64,000 nucleotides of DNA from Chloroflexota bacterium (GTDB taxonomy: Bacteria; Chloroflexota; UBA11872; VXNJ01): contig OZ253449.1 in assembly GCA_965261345.1 (NCBI GenBank), positions 2,176,001 to 2,240,000 on the forward strand, read 5' to 3'. The notes beneath the pieces are model-generated. The model made no database searches, was not told where the DNA came from, and saw nothing but the letters and a program-made list of their open reading frames with translations. The translations under genes were made by a program, and so were the position numbers. This document shows positions 39,322 to 49,900 of the stretch, in pieces (position 1 is the first letter of the stretch; every line of letters begins with the position of its first letter).

Positions 39322-39333
39322 TAACTTAAGTTA
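39322..39333. promoter_or_regulatory. Putative operator: perfect palindrome TAACTTAAGTTA in a divergent promoter region
   Basis: 12-bp AT-rich palindrome between the divergent sulfatase and dehydratase genes, in otherwise GC-rich DNA. Confidence 0.35.
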
Positions 39334-39486
39334 TTTAATGATCCCCAACGGTCGGTTGCAAAATCGCGTTGGAACGGTGCCGACCGGCAATGCTGGTTGC
39401 AGGCTGCGCCGATAATGGGCGCGGCAGTTTCGGCAACGACCACTCACCGCGCAACCCCAGTACGCATGCTTAAGGAAACAGCGGCC

Positions 39487-40689
39487 ATGAAGATAACCGA
39501 CATCTGGTTCGAACAGCTATCTGGACGGATGCAGCCCGAATACCCAATGTTTCAGGAGCGCTTGATCCGCCCGATTGACGTATATCCGGAACATCGCGCC
39601 GAAGGTGGCTTTGCGATGTGGCAGGGACGCTTTGCACCGGTAGCGGATGGGACGATCGAAGTGTCAACGGTCGTCTGCCACGTGGAAACCGACGCGGGGA
39701 TCAGCGGTATTGCCGGTCCTTGTTCGATAAACGAAGCATTTTTCGTCCGCCACCAGCTACTCGATCTGCTCAAGGGTGAGGACCCGCTGGCCACCGAACG
39801 GGCGTGGGACAAGATGTACCGCTACCTCATCCACGGCCGCAAGGGCGAGGCGATGTTCGCGGTTTCAGCGGTAGATTCGGCCCTCTGGGACATCCGCGGC
39901 AAGGCCGCCGGCCTGCCGCTCTACCGTCTGCTGGGCGGGCCGGTGCGCAAATCCTTTCCCGCCTACGCCTCAGCGCTCGGATTTTCGATCGCGCCCGACG
40001 ATGTCGCCAAGGTCGCCCGCCAGTTCATCGACCAGGGCTACACCGCCACCAAGTGGTTTGTCCGCAATGGACCAATGCAGGGCGAAGCCGGCGCCCGCGC
40101 CAATCTGGATTTGGCCGCGGTATTGCGCGAGACCATCGGCGACGAAAACGAGATCATGATCGACGCCTGGAGCTCCTGGGACGTTCGCTACGCGATCGAT
40201 ATGGGCAACCGCTTGGCCGACTATCGCGTGCGCTGGATCGAGGAAGTGGTCAAGGCCGACGACATCCCTGGCCAGGCCGAGGTCCGGCGGCGGTCGCCCA
40301 CTCCGGTATCGGGAGGCGAACACGAATACACCCGTTGGGGTGCCCGCGAATACCTGGAGGCCGGAGCGGTCGATCTCTATCAGGCCGATACGATCTGGGC
40401 CGGCGGGGTATCGGAAATGATGAAAATCTTCGCCCTCTGCTCAGCCTACGGCATCCCGCTGATACCGCACGGCGGATCGGTGCCGATTAACGCCCACCTG
40501 ACCGCGGCGGTCTCGCCGACCGATGCGCCGTACATTGAATATCTCGTCCAGTGGAACGAATTTACCCAGTACTTTTGGAAATACCAGACCAAGCCGGTTA
40601 ACGGGCAGATCTCGCCCACCGAGGGACCGGGACTGGGCCTGGAAATCGATGAGGGAAAAGTAACCTCCCGAAAACGGCTCGACTATTGA
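39487..40689 (+). CDS. Mandelate racemase/enolase-superfamily sugar-acid dehydratase
   Basis: SAVDSALWDI.GK, IMIDAW, WIEE, GGEHEYTRWG, IPHG; AAGGA RBS. Confidence 0.9.
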   Translation: MKITDIWFEQLSGRMQPEYPMFQERLIRPIDVYPEHRAEGGFAMWQGRFAPVADGTIEVSTVVCHVETDAGISGIAGPCSINEAFFVRHQLLDLLKGEDPLATERAWDKMYRYLIHGRKGEAMFAVSAVDSALWDIRGKAAGLPLYRLLGGPVRKSFPAYASALGFSIAPDDVAKVARQFIDQGYTATKWFVRNGPMQGEAGARANLDLAAVLRETIGDENEIMIDAWSSWDVRYAIDMGNRLADYRVRWIEEVVKADDIPGQAEVRRRSPTPVSGGEHEYTRWGAREYLEAGAVDLYQADTIWAGGVSEMMKIFALCSAYGIPLIPHGGSVPINAHLTAAVSPTDAPYIEYLVQWNEFTQYFWKYQTKPVNGQISPTEGPGLGLEIDEGKVTSRKRLDY

Positions 40690-41813
40690 TGGCCAAGGCT
40701 GCGCCGATGCGGGCGGAGGCCGAGGAGTTGCTTGCCGCCGCCGGCATCCAGATCGACGGTCCCAATCCCTGGGACATGCAGGTAAAAGACCAGCGTCTGT
40801 TTAAGCGAATATTTCGGCAGGGGTCGCTGGCCCTGGGCGAGTCCTACATGGACGGCTGGTGGGGATGCGAACAGCTGGATGAGCTAATCGCCAGGGTGCT
40901 GCGCAGCCAGATAGACCAGCTGGTGCCACGGAATCTCAAGGTTGCCGCCTACCGCCTCTCGGGGATTGCGTTAAATCGCCAGTCCAAGGCGCGCGCCTGG
41001 ATCGTGGGGCGCGAGCACTACGACCTGGGCAATGACGTTTTCGCGGCGACCTTCGATACCCGGATCACCGGCAGCTGCGGCTATTGGGCCCGGGCTGACA
41101 ACCTCGATGACGCCCAAACCGCCAAGCTGGATCTTATCTGCCGCAAGATTGGCCTGAAACCGGGCCAGCATGTGCTCGACATCGGGTGCGGCTGGGGCGC
41201 GTTCATGCATTTTGCGGCCAGCGAATACGGGGCCCGCTGTACCGGGGTTACGGTTTCGCAAAACCAGGTCGACCACGGACGAGAACGCTGCCGCGACCTG
41301 CCGGTGGAGTTTCGCCTGATGGACTACCGCGACCTGACCGGGAGCTTTGACCACGTGGTGTCGATGGGCATGTTCGAGCACGTGGGCTTTAAGAACTACG
41401 CCGCCTACTTCGACGTGGCCCGGCGCTGCCTCAAGGACGATGGGCTGTTCCTGCTGCACAGCATCGGGGCCAACCGGACCTCGCCGGTCATCGACCCCTG
41501 GATCGACAAGTACATTTTTCCCAATGGCGCGCTTCCCTCAATTAGCGCCCTGGGTGGGGCGCTGGAGAATCGCTTCGTGGTCGAGGACTGGCACAACTTT
41601 GGCCCCGACTACGACAAAACGCTGTGCGCCTGGATGGAGAAATTCGACTTCAACTGGCCAGATCTCCGGGCCAAATACGGTGATCGCTTTTACCGCATGT
41701 GGCGCTACTATCTGCTCTCCTGCGCCGGCGGTTTTCGGGCCCGAAATATCCACCTCTGGCAGCTGGTTCTTTCCAAGCGCGGCCTGGTCGGCGGTTATGT
41801 TCCGGTCCGTTGA
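40689..41813 (+). CDS. cfa: Cyclopropane-fatty-acyl-phospholipid synthase
   Basis: GESYMDGWW, HYDLGND, LDIGCGWG, SMGMFEHVG.KNY, WIDKYIFPNG, RMWRYYL. Confidence 0.96.
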   Translation: MAKAAPMRAEAEELLAAAGIQIDGPNPWDMQVKDQRLFKRIFRQGSLALGESYMDGWWGCEQLDELIARVLRSQIDQLVPRNLKVAAYRLSGIALNRQSKARAWIVGREHYDLGNDVFAATFDTRITGSCGYWARADNLDDAQTAKLDLICRKIGLKPGQHVLDIGCGWGAFMHFAASEYGARCTGVTVSQNQVDHGRERCRDLPVEFRLMDYRDLTGSFDHVVSMGMFEHVGFKNYAAYFDVARRCLKDDGLFLLHSIGANRTSPVIDPWIDKYIFPNGALPSISALGGALENRFVVEDWHNFGPDYDKTLCAWMEKFDFNWPDLRAKYGDRFYRMWRYYLLSCAGGFRARNIHLWQLVLSKRGLVGGYVPVR

Positions 41814-42003
41814 AATCCCAACCATGGGCAACCGGTAAGGGCGCTAGGTCCCTGGCCCAGTTGTTTGAATTGACGACCTGGGCGCACATTGCCATCGGGT
41901 TCGTCTATTTTTCCGCCTTCCGGGCAGGGTCTCCCCGGCTACCGCGGGGCGGCTGCGACATAGCTCCGGTTGGCATCCTTGTTTCCCCATCGGAAGTCTC
42001 CGT

Positions 42004-42675
42004 ATGACGCTGAATAGCATATTGCTCGTCATCCACATTTCAGCCGGGTCAGTCGCCCTGCTGGCGGCAGTCATCGCCCTGGTTACAGCGAAGGGTAGGC
42101 GTCGTCACATACTGGCGGGAAGGGTTTACGCCTCCGCCATGACGGTGATATTTATTACCGCATTGCCGCTGGCGATACTCGGCTCAAGCGTGCTCTTGCT
42201 ACTTATTGCCTTTTTCAGCTTCTATCTGGTGTTTGCCGGTTGGCGCCTGGCCCGCAACCGCTCAGGACGTCCTCGGCCGGTTGACTGGTTTGCCGTCGCG
42301 GCAATGGGGGTAACCGGCCTGGCGATGTGGGGCTACGGAGCAGTCCTGGCCGGCGACGGCGACGATCAGTGGGTGACCATGCTCCTCCTCGGCGGCATCG
42401 CAGTGGCCCTTGGCCTGGCTGACGCCCGATACTTTTTTCTCCAATCCAGGGAGCAGGGGCCGCCCGGCATTGGCCGCATCGGCCGACACCTTACCAATAT
42501 GCTCGCCGGAACCATCAGCACCGTTACCGCCGTATTTGTCGTAAACGTAGCCACGAACCCGGTGTGGCTGGCGTGGATTCTGCCCACTCTCGTAATCACT
42601 CCGCTGATCGTCTGGTGGAACCTGCGCGTCCGCAGGCAGATGCACGGACCGGGGCCGCGGCACCAGCACGGCTAA
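42004..42675 (+). CDS. Integral membrane protein (DUF2306-like)
   Basis: HI.AG...L, KG...H...GRVY, H...M.AG.I..TA; about seven TM helices. Confidence 0.75.
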   Translation: MTLNSILLVIHISAGSVALLAAVIALVTAKGRRRHILAGRVYASAMTVIFITALPLAILGSSVLLLLIAFFSFYLVFAGWRLARNRSGRPRPVDWFAVAAMGVTGLAMWGYGAVLAGDGDDQWVTMLLLGGIAVALGLADARYFFLQSREQGPPGIGRIGRHLTNMLAGTISTVTAVFVVNVATNPVWLAWILPTLVITPLIVWWNLRVRRQMHGPGPRHQHG

Positions 42676-42727
42676 TCACCCCCTCGGGCGGTGATCTCTG
42701 AAGGTGCGCTTCATCTGCCGTGCGGCC

Positions 42728-42751
42728 GTCATCCCGGCGAAAGTTGGAATC
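42728..42751 (+). repeat. Possible REP/dRS3-like short palindromic element
   Basis: GTCATCCCGGCGAAAGTTGGAATC resembles GTCATTCC-GCGAAAG-GGAATC hairpin repeats; lies between convergent genes; only one copy seen. Confidence 0.35.
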
Positions 42752-42991
42752 GAATCCCTTTACAAAGCTCAGCACACATCCGATAACGGCCTTTGCCGTG
42801 TCCGCCGGGCCCCAAAACCGCAGGCGACGTGGAGCAGTCAAGCATGCGCGGAGTGCGCCGCTCTGGGCAATTGCTGCCCTCCAGATTGCCTGGCGAGGAG
42901 ATCTCCAATATCGCCGCAAATTTTCTCAGCGCCCCCCGCGGGTTGCGCCCGCCCTGGTAATTGCACCGGCCAGTGGATTGGTGGTGCTCAC

Positions 42992-44464
42992 CTATTGGAA
43001 GGGATTCTTTACCGGTGCGAAGGCCGTTGGGGCCGGGGTGTAAGGGATCTTGACATAGTTGGCGATGATGTGCTCCTCGCCGCCGTTGGCGTTCACCAAG
43101 GTGCGCTGGTCGGCGAACGCGCGCGCGTTTTCAGTCTCTGGATCACAGATCTTTAGCAGCTCGCCGTGCAGGCGCGCCCGAACCGCCGCATGGTCGGGGT
43201 CGGCCCCCAGATCGACCAGTTCGCGCGGATCGGCCCGCAAATCGTAGAGGTGGGGTGGAAACTGATCGTCGCTGTAATAGATGTATTTGTGGCGGTCATC
43301 GCGGACCATGTACGAGCCGCAGATCGACAGGGCGGCATGGTATTCGGCAAATACGATCCGCTCCGGCGACTCGTCGCCATTCACGATCGGCCAGATCGAG
43401 CTCCCGGGAAGGTCGGCGTCGGCAGGTTCCAATTGCGCCCCGACCGCTTCGACCACGCTCGGAAAGAAATCTACAAAGGAGACATTGGATTTCCGTACCT
43501 GGCCCTTTGGTAGATCGGGCCCGGCCACGATGAAGGGCACGCTGACCGCGTCCTCGTAATGCGCACTCTTGCCCCAGAGGCCGAAACTGCCGGCCATCTC
43601 ACCGTGATCGGAGGTGTAAATGATGCGCGTATTGGGGCCAAACCCGTTCTGCTTGAGCGCGTCCAGGATTCGGCCCACCTGTTCGTCCATAAATGAGATC
43701 AAGCCCCAATACGCGGTTATCCCGCGGCGCACCGCCTCGTCGGGCAGGCGATCGGAGCCATCGGGTGGGCTGAGCCGCAGCGGCCGGACGCGGTTCCAGT
43801 AGGGGTGGTCGGGGTATTGTTCGTGCGCCAGCGGCATTTCCACGGTTTCCGGGTCGTAGAGGTCCCAGTGGCGCGGCGGGCAGATGAACGGGAAATGCGG
43901 AGTGACCACCGAGGCGAAAAGCACCCAGGGTTTGCTTTGTCGCTTGGCTTCGTCGCCCAGCCAGCGCACCGTTTCGTCGCCCACCGCGGTGTCAAAGCGA
44001 ATGTATTCGGAGTCGCCGCCGTGGGCCTGGAGCACATCGCGGGCGGCGGCCTGGTTGGGATTGGTATTCCAACGGATGGATCCGCGCACGTCGCCGATTC
44101 CGTCTTTGACGTTCATTGAAACTCTTTTTTCGGCGATCCCGTTGTCGTCCGAATCGGCCCGGTAATGCAATTTACCGATCGAGGTGACCTGGTTGCCGTT
44201 GGCGGCCAGGCGGTGACCCCAGCTGGCCGCCTCGGTTCCGATGTATGGGTGGGCGTTGTCCCAGTGGCCGGTCTGGTGGCAGTAGCGGCCGGTTAGGAAA
44301 TTGGCGCGCGAGGGTACGCAGATCGGAAAGTTGCAATAGGCGTTGTCGAAACGCACGCCGTCGGCCGCCAGGCGGTCCAGGTTGGGGGTCTGCACCTGCG
44401 GGTGACCGTAGCAACCGGTCATCCGGCGGGTGTGCTCATCGGACATGATGATGAGCAGGTTCAT
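42992..44464 (-). CDS. Cys-type sulfatase (choline-sulfatase-like)
   Basis: NLLIIMSDEH, CVPSR, WDNA, IGKLH, PHFP, SDHGEM. Confidence 0.93.
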   Translation of the reverse strand: MNLLIIMSDEHTRRMTGCYGHPQVQTPNLDRLAADGVRFDNAYCNFPICVPSRANFLTGRYCHQTGHWDNAHPYIGTEAASWGHRLAANGNQVTSIGKLHYRADSDDNGIAEKRVSMNVKDGIGDVRGSIRWNTNPNQAAARDVLQAHGGDSEYIRFDTAVGDETVRWLGDEAKRQSKPWVLFASVVTPHFPFICPPRHWDLYDPETVEMPLAHEQYPDHPYWNRVRPLRLSPPDGSDRLPDEAVRRGITAYWGLISFMDEQVGRILDALKQNGFGPNTRIIYTSDHGEMAGSFGLWGKSAHYEDAVSVPFIVAGPDLPKGQVRKSNVSFVDFFPSVVEAVGAQLEPADADLPGSSIWPIVNGDESPERIVFAEYHAALSICGSYMVRDDRHKYIYYSDDQFPPHLYDLRADPRELVDLGADPDHAAVRARLHGELLKICDPETENARAFADQRTLVNANGGEEHIIANYVKIPYTPAPTAFAPVKNPFQ

Positions 44465-44599
44465 GGGCTCCAAGGGGCGACCTTTCACAATTGCGCGGCG
44501 GATTAGAGGGTCGAGAGTTCGCCGCTTATTTACTACCAATAGTTTCCTGTGGGAGGCCGGATGCGGCCGGTTTGGTGGCCCGGCACCCGGGCGGGACCG

Positions 44600-46111
44600 T
44601 CAGCGCTGGATACCATCCTCGTAGAAATCGGCTGGCGTCGGCGTGGCGCCGATTAGCGGGCCCTCGGCGATGACCTTTGCCTCGCCGCCGTAGCTATCAA
44701 TCAGCGCCCGCTGGTCGGCAAACGCCCGGGCGTTGACCTTTTCGGGATCGCAGACGGCCAGCAGCTGAGCGTGCATCCGGTCGCGAATTGCCCGATGGGC
44801 TGGATCCTGCCCTAGGTCGCATCTCTCCTGCGGGTCGTTTTGCAGGTCGAACAGCTGTGCCGGATAGCCCTCGCCGGCGTAGTAAACGTACTTATGGCGC
44901 TGGTCGCAGATCATGAAATTGCCAGTGAGTGACTTGGCGGCATGATATTCGGAAAAAGCGATCCGCTCCAGGTCTTCGTCCCCGGCCGCCAGCGGCCAGA
45001 GCGAGGATCCCGGCAGATTGGCGTCGCCGTCGGCCGGTTGGGCGCCGACCGCTTCAAGGACGGTGGGGAATATGTCGGCCCAGGTAACTATGCTCGACCG
45101 GGTCTGACCCGCCGGCAGATCCGGACCGGCCATGATGAGCGGGACGCCGACCGAGTCCTCGTACATGCACATCTTGCCCCACAGCCCGAATCCGCCCAGC
45201 ATTTCACCGTGGTCGGAGGTGTAAATGATGCGGGTGTTTTCGGCCTGGCCGGAGTCCTTAAGCGCTGCCAGTACCTTGCCGAGGTTGTCGTCCATGAAGG
45301 TGGTGATCCCGTAGTAAGCGGCGATCGCCCGGCGGATTTCGTCCTCGTCGAAATACTCGCCCGGAGCGGCCGGGACCCTCCAGCGGCGCGCTTCGTTCCA
45401 GTACGGGTGGTCGGGCCACTCCTGCTCGCGCCAATTGATTGGTAGATCGACCTGGTCATGTGGATACATATCGTAGAAGTTCGTCGGCGCGGTGAGCGGC
45501 GGATGCGGGCAGAGCAGGGATACCATCATTGCCCAGGGACGATCGTGGCCTTGCGATTCGTTTGCCAGCCAGCTGCAGGCTTCCTCGGTTACGGCCCGGT
45601 CGAACCGGGTGTAATGGCTTTCCCCGGGTCCGGCCAGGTTGACCATGTCGCCCTGCAGTCCGCCCTTGGGCGGGAGCCGGTGCCAGCGCAGCGATCCGTG
45701 ATAGTCGCCCTTGCCCTGGAAGATGTTCATCGCGATCCGCGATTCGGTCAGCCCGTTGGGATCGGCAACATCGTGGAAATGCAGTTTGCCAATCGTGGTG
45801 GCAACATGGTCCTGGGCGGTGAGGCGATGACTCCAACCCTCGGGCTGGCCCTGCCAGGCGTGGGCGTTATCCCAGTGGCCGGATTGGTGGATGTACCGGC
45901 CGGTCATGAAGTTGGCGCGCGACGGCACGCAGATCGGGCAGTTGACATAAGCGCGGTCAAAGCGGACCCCGCGGGCGGCTAAGGCATCGATGTTGGGGGT
46001 CTTGACGACTTCGTGTCCGTAGCAACCAGTCATCCTGCGGGTGTGTTCATCAGACATGAGAATTAGCAGGTTCATCGGTTGCATGGTCGGGGTCGGTCCT
46101 ATTTGGGGCAT
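44600..46111 (-). CDS. Cys-type sulfatase (choline-sulfatase-like), tandem paralog
   Basis: NLLILMSDEHTRRMTGCYGH, CVPSR, WDNAH, SDHGEM; alternative starts at 46084 or 46075. Confidence 0.93.
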   Translation of the reverse strand: MPQIGPTPTMQPMNLLILMSDEHTRRMTGCYGHEVVKTPNIDALAARGVRFDRAYVNCPICVPSRANFMTGRYIHQSGHWDNAHAWQGQPEGWSHRLTAQDHVATTIGKLHFHDVADPNGLTESRIAMNIFQGKGDYHGSLRWHRLPPKGGLQGDMVNLAGPGESHYTRFDRAVTEEACSWLANESQGHDRPWAMMVSLLCPHPPLTAPTNFYDMYPHDQVDLPINWREQEWPDHPYWNEARRWRVPAAPGEYFDEDEIRRAIAAYYGITTFMDDNLGKVLAALKDSGQAENTRIIYTSDHGEMLGGFGLWGKMCMYEDSVGVPLIMAGPDLPAGQTRSSIVTWADIFPTVLEAVGAQPADGDANLPGSSLWPLAAGDEDLERIAFSEYHAAKSLTGNFMICDQRHKYVYYAGEGYPAQLFDLQNDPQERCDLGQDPAHRAIRDRMHAQLLAVCDPEKVNARAFADQRALIDSYGGEAKVIAEGPLIGATPTPADFYEDGIQR

Positions 46112-46240
46112 CGTATCTCTCTAAATGTTGCCGTAGGGAGCACCCACCGCCCCCGGAATTTTTTTTGGTACCTTGGACTATCGGGTCGGTGCTCACACGG
46201 CCTGGAATCATGGGCGCTCTCTAGAGAGATCGGCTTGGCA

Positions 46241-46903
46241 ATGTGCGGACGCTTCGGGCTCTTTTCCGACCTCGATCATCTGGCCGAGCAATTCGGCTTT
46301 GAGCCGCTGGCGTTGCGCGAGCTTTACCAGACCTCCTACAACGTTGCCCCGACCCAGGATGTGTTGACGGTTTCCGCTCCCGGGCTAACCCTGGAACCGA
46401 TATGGATGCGCTGGGGGCTGGTGGCCCCCTGGCTGGCCGCCGGGCGGCCGCTGGGCAAACCGATCTTCAACGCCCGGTCGGAGACGATCGCGCAGAAACC
46501 GATGTTTCGCAGTGCCTTCCGCCGCCGCCGCGGCCTGGTGCTCGCCGATGGCTTCTATGAGTGGCAGCGGATCGGCGCGCGCCGGCAAGCGCACTGGATT
46601 CGCCGGCGCGACCGGGCGCCGCTGGCGCTGGCAGCGATATGGGAGCGGCAGGCCGGATCGGGGCTCCGCTCCTGTGCGGTCGCCACCACCACCGCCAACG
46701 AACTTATGGCGCCGGTCCACCAGCGGATGCCGGTTCTATTGGATCCGACGACGGTTTCGCGCTGGCTGGACCCGGGCGCTGGCCGCGATGAGTTGCTCTC
46801 CCTCTGCGATCCCCGGGCGTGGCCGGACATGGAGGTGCTGGCGGTCTCAGATAGGGTTGGCCGGGTGGCCAACAACGACCCCAGCCTCATCGATCCGATT
46901 TAG
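46241..46903 (+). CDS. SOS response-associated peptidase (SRAP/HMCES/YedK family)
   Basis: Begins MCGRF (Cys2 nucleophile); YNVAPTQ, MRWGL, FNARSET, DGFYEW, H.RMPV. Confidence 0.95.
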   Translation: MCGRFGLFSDLDHLAEQFGFEPLALRELYQTSYNVAPTQDVLTVSAPGLTLEPIWMRWGLVAPWLAAGRPLGKPIFNARSETIAQKPMFRSAFRRRRGLVLADGFYEWQRIGARRQAHWIRRRDRAPLALAAIWERQAGSGLRSCAVATTTANELMAPVHQRMPVLLDPTTVSRWLDPGAGRDELLSLCDPRAWPDMEVLAVSDRVGRVANNDPSLIDPI

Positions 46904-46928
46904 GCGGTAGGGCGGCCGCTGGCGCCGC

Positions 46929-49900
46929 TTAACCCCAATCGCGGCTTGGTTCATTGACCACCAGTTCGGCCGACCAGGGCGGGGCCAGGGCCCGGGCCCG
47001 GTCGACCATGATGTTGGCGCAACCGTCGCGGCGTGACATCTCTCCCTCCACCAGCACCAGCGGGGCACAGAGGGCGTCGCGGTGCCTGTCCCAGGTCGAC
47101 GGCCAGACCGCCAGCGGGACCATCCCGAATTCATCCTGCAGGGTCATAAAGATCATCTGCCCCAGCGGCCGCTGCCGCCGCAGCACCTTGCCGGCGACGC
47201 TGATCCGGACACCGTCAGGGACGTGGGCAAGCTGGCGGCTGCTTAGCACCGACCCGGCCAGCTGCGGGCGCAGGACCGACATCACATGACCATCGGTCCA
47301 GAGCCCCAGGGTTTGGTACTCGTAGGCCATCCGGCTAGATGCCGGCAACGGCGCGAGATTGGCCATCGTCGCTCCAAGCGGCAGCGGCAGGGGAGCCTGG
47401 GCCGAGGGCGGGCGGTAGCGCAGACCCACCTCCCAGAGGGCTTGCCGGCGATCGTCAAATCCGGCCAGCCGGTCGCAGGCCCCGGCCTTGACCAGGGCTT
47501 CCAGGGCCCCCTGGTAGAGCCCGCTGCGAGCCACCAGGTCGCCCAGCGAGCGGAAATTTCCGCTCTTTACGCGCGCGTCCAGCATTCGCTGGGCGCTGGT
47601 CTGTTCTACGCCGGCCACAAACGTTAAGCCCATCCGGAAGGCCGCCTTGCCCGCGGGACTGCAGCGCAGCTGGCTGCGGTTAACGTCCGGCCCAAGGACG
47701 CTGACCCCGCGTTGGTGGGCATCTTCCTTGAGGGTCTCGATCGACCAGAAGCCCATCGGCTGAGCATTAAAGATCGCACAGTAAAACTCAACCGGAAAGT
47801 AATGCCGCACCCAGGCCATGTGATAGGCGGTGGCGCCGAAGGCCAGGGCATGGGCCTCGGGGAACATGTAATGCGGGTTGAATTTCTTAAATATCCGATC
47901 GGCTATCGCGGTCGGCACCCCGCGCGCCCTGGCGCCATCGCGGAAGCGCTCCCAGTAGGAACGGAGCAGGTCGGTGTTGTTGCGGCGCTGAAAGGCCCGC
48001 CGCAGCAGATCAGATTCCGAGGCCGACAGACCGCCCACGTCCATCCCCAGCTGGACCACCTGGTCCTGGAAGAGAATGATCCCCAGCGACTTGGCCAATG
48101 CCCGCTCCTCCAAGGGGTGGTCATAGTCCCAGGCCCGTCCACCGCGGCGGCGCAGGAATTCCGATACCCCGTCATTGGCTCCCACCCCGGGCCGCACGGC
48201 GGCCACCTCCAGGGCCATGTCGTAGAGATGGCGGGGCTTCATGCGCGCGATCGTCTGCATCTGCGCGGCGCTCTCGACCTGGAACACCCCCACCGTGTCG
48301 CCGCGACCCAGGTCGGCATAGACCGCCGGATCGGCATGATCAATCCGGCTCAGATCGAGTCGCCGGTGGTGGCGGGCCTCGATCAGCTGCAGGCACTCCT
48401 GTAGCTGCGAGAGCGCGCCGAGAGCTAGGAAATCGATCTTGACAAAGCCGGCATCCTCGATCGTGTGTTTGTCCCACTGGCAGATGTAGCGTCCGGCAAT
48501 TGCCGACGGCTGCACCGGCACCATCTCGCTAAGTGGCCGCGAACTGATGATCATCCCGCCCGGATGCTGCGCCAGCCCCTTGGGAAACCCCTGCAACTGA
48601 CCGCCCAGCTCGATCAGGTCGCGCCAGCCGCGGTGATCGCGCTTGCCCGCCAGCTGCGGTATCTTGGTCAGCGCCTCCTCCAGGTCGGCCGCCGATCGCG
48701 ATTCGGCGCGGCGGGCCAGGAGTTCAAGCTCGGTGGCCGGCAACCCCAGCGCCCGGCCGACATCGCGGACCGCGCCCTTGAGGCGGTAGGTGGGGATCAT
48801 CGCGGTGAGCGCGGCGCGCTCGGGGCCCAACTCGGCAAACACCTTCAGGATCAGTTTTTCGCGGATGTCGCGCGGAAAATCCAGATCGATGTCGGGTGGA
48901 CCAACCAGCCGGTCCTCGGGCAGGAACCGCTCCAGTGGCAGATCGTATTGCAGGGGGTCGACATGTGAGAGCCCGATCAGGGTGCCGGTGAGCATGGCCA
49001 CCGATGAGCCGCGCCCGCGCCCGGGTGCGCGTTCAGCCAGCGGGGCTCCCGCCGGCAGGTGTCCCAACTCGACGGCAACCTGCCTGGCCCACTCGATGAT
49101 TTGGCGGTAGAGCAGAAAGAATCCGGCCAGGTCGTGTTTGGCAATCAGGCGGAATTCCTCGTCCAGGCGCGCCTGGACGGCGGGGCCGATCCGGCCGTAG
49201 CGCTGCCGGGCGGCGGCCCGGCAGACATGCTCGAAATAGGCCTGCCCACTGGCAAAACCGGGCGGGATCGGGTAGCTGGGGAAGGAATAGCGGATCTGCT
49301 TGGCGGCAAAGGCCATGCAGCGCCGGGCGATCAGGTCGTTGTTGGCCAGCGCCTGCGGCCAGCGCCTGAACAGGCGGGCCAATTCGGAGCGCTCGCGCAG
49401 GTGGTAGTTGCGGTTTGGGTGCCGCTGGCGATGACAGCCGTCAAGGGTGGTATTGAGGCGAATTGCGGTCAGGACGTCGCAGAGTCGATGGCGGCTGCGG
49501 TCGTGATAGCAGGCCCCATTGGTTGCGACGATGCCAATTCCCAGGTGGCCGGCCAGCTGGGCCCGGTCACGATTGCCGGCCAGCTCGCCGGGGGCAAGAT
49601 GGCGCTGCAGTTGCACAAAGACCGCCTCGTTGCCCAGCATCTGGCAGTAGCTGCCCAGCAATCGGCGGGCGGCGGCGATGTTGCCGGCCGCAAGCAGTTG
49701 CGCCAGATGTCCACCCGGGGCCCCCACCAGGGCGATGAGTCCCTGCCCGTGCTCGGCCAATTGCCCGCGATCGAGTACCGGATCGCGGCGATCGCCCCGC
49801 TGGTGGGCGTTGCTGATCAGGCGGCACAAATTGGCATAGCCGATTCCGGTTTCGGCCAGCAGGGTGATGGGGGCGGGCTTGAGCTGGTCGTGCGCAATTG

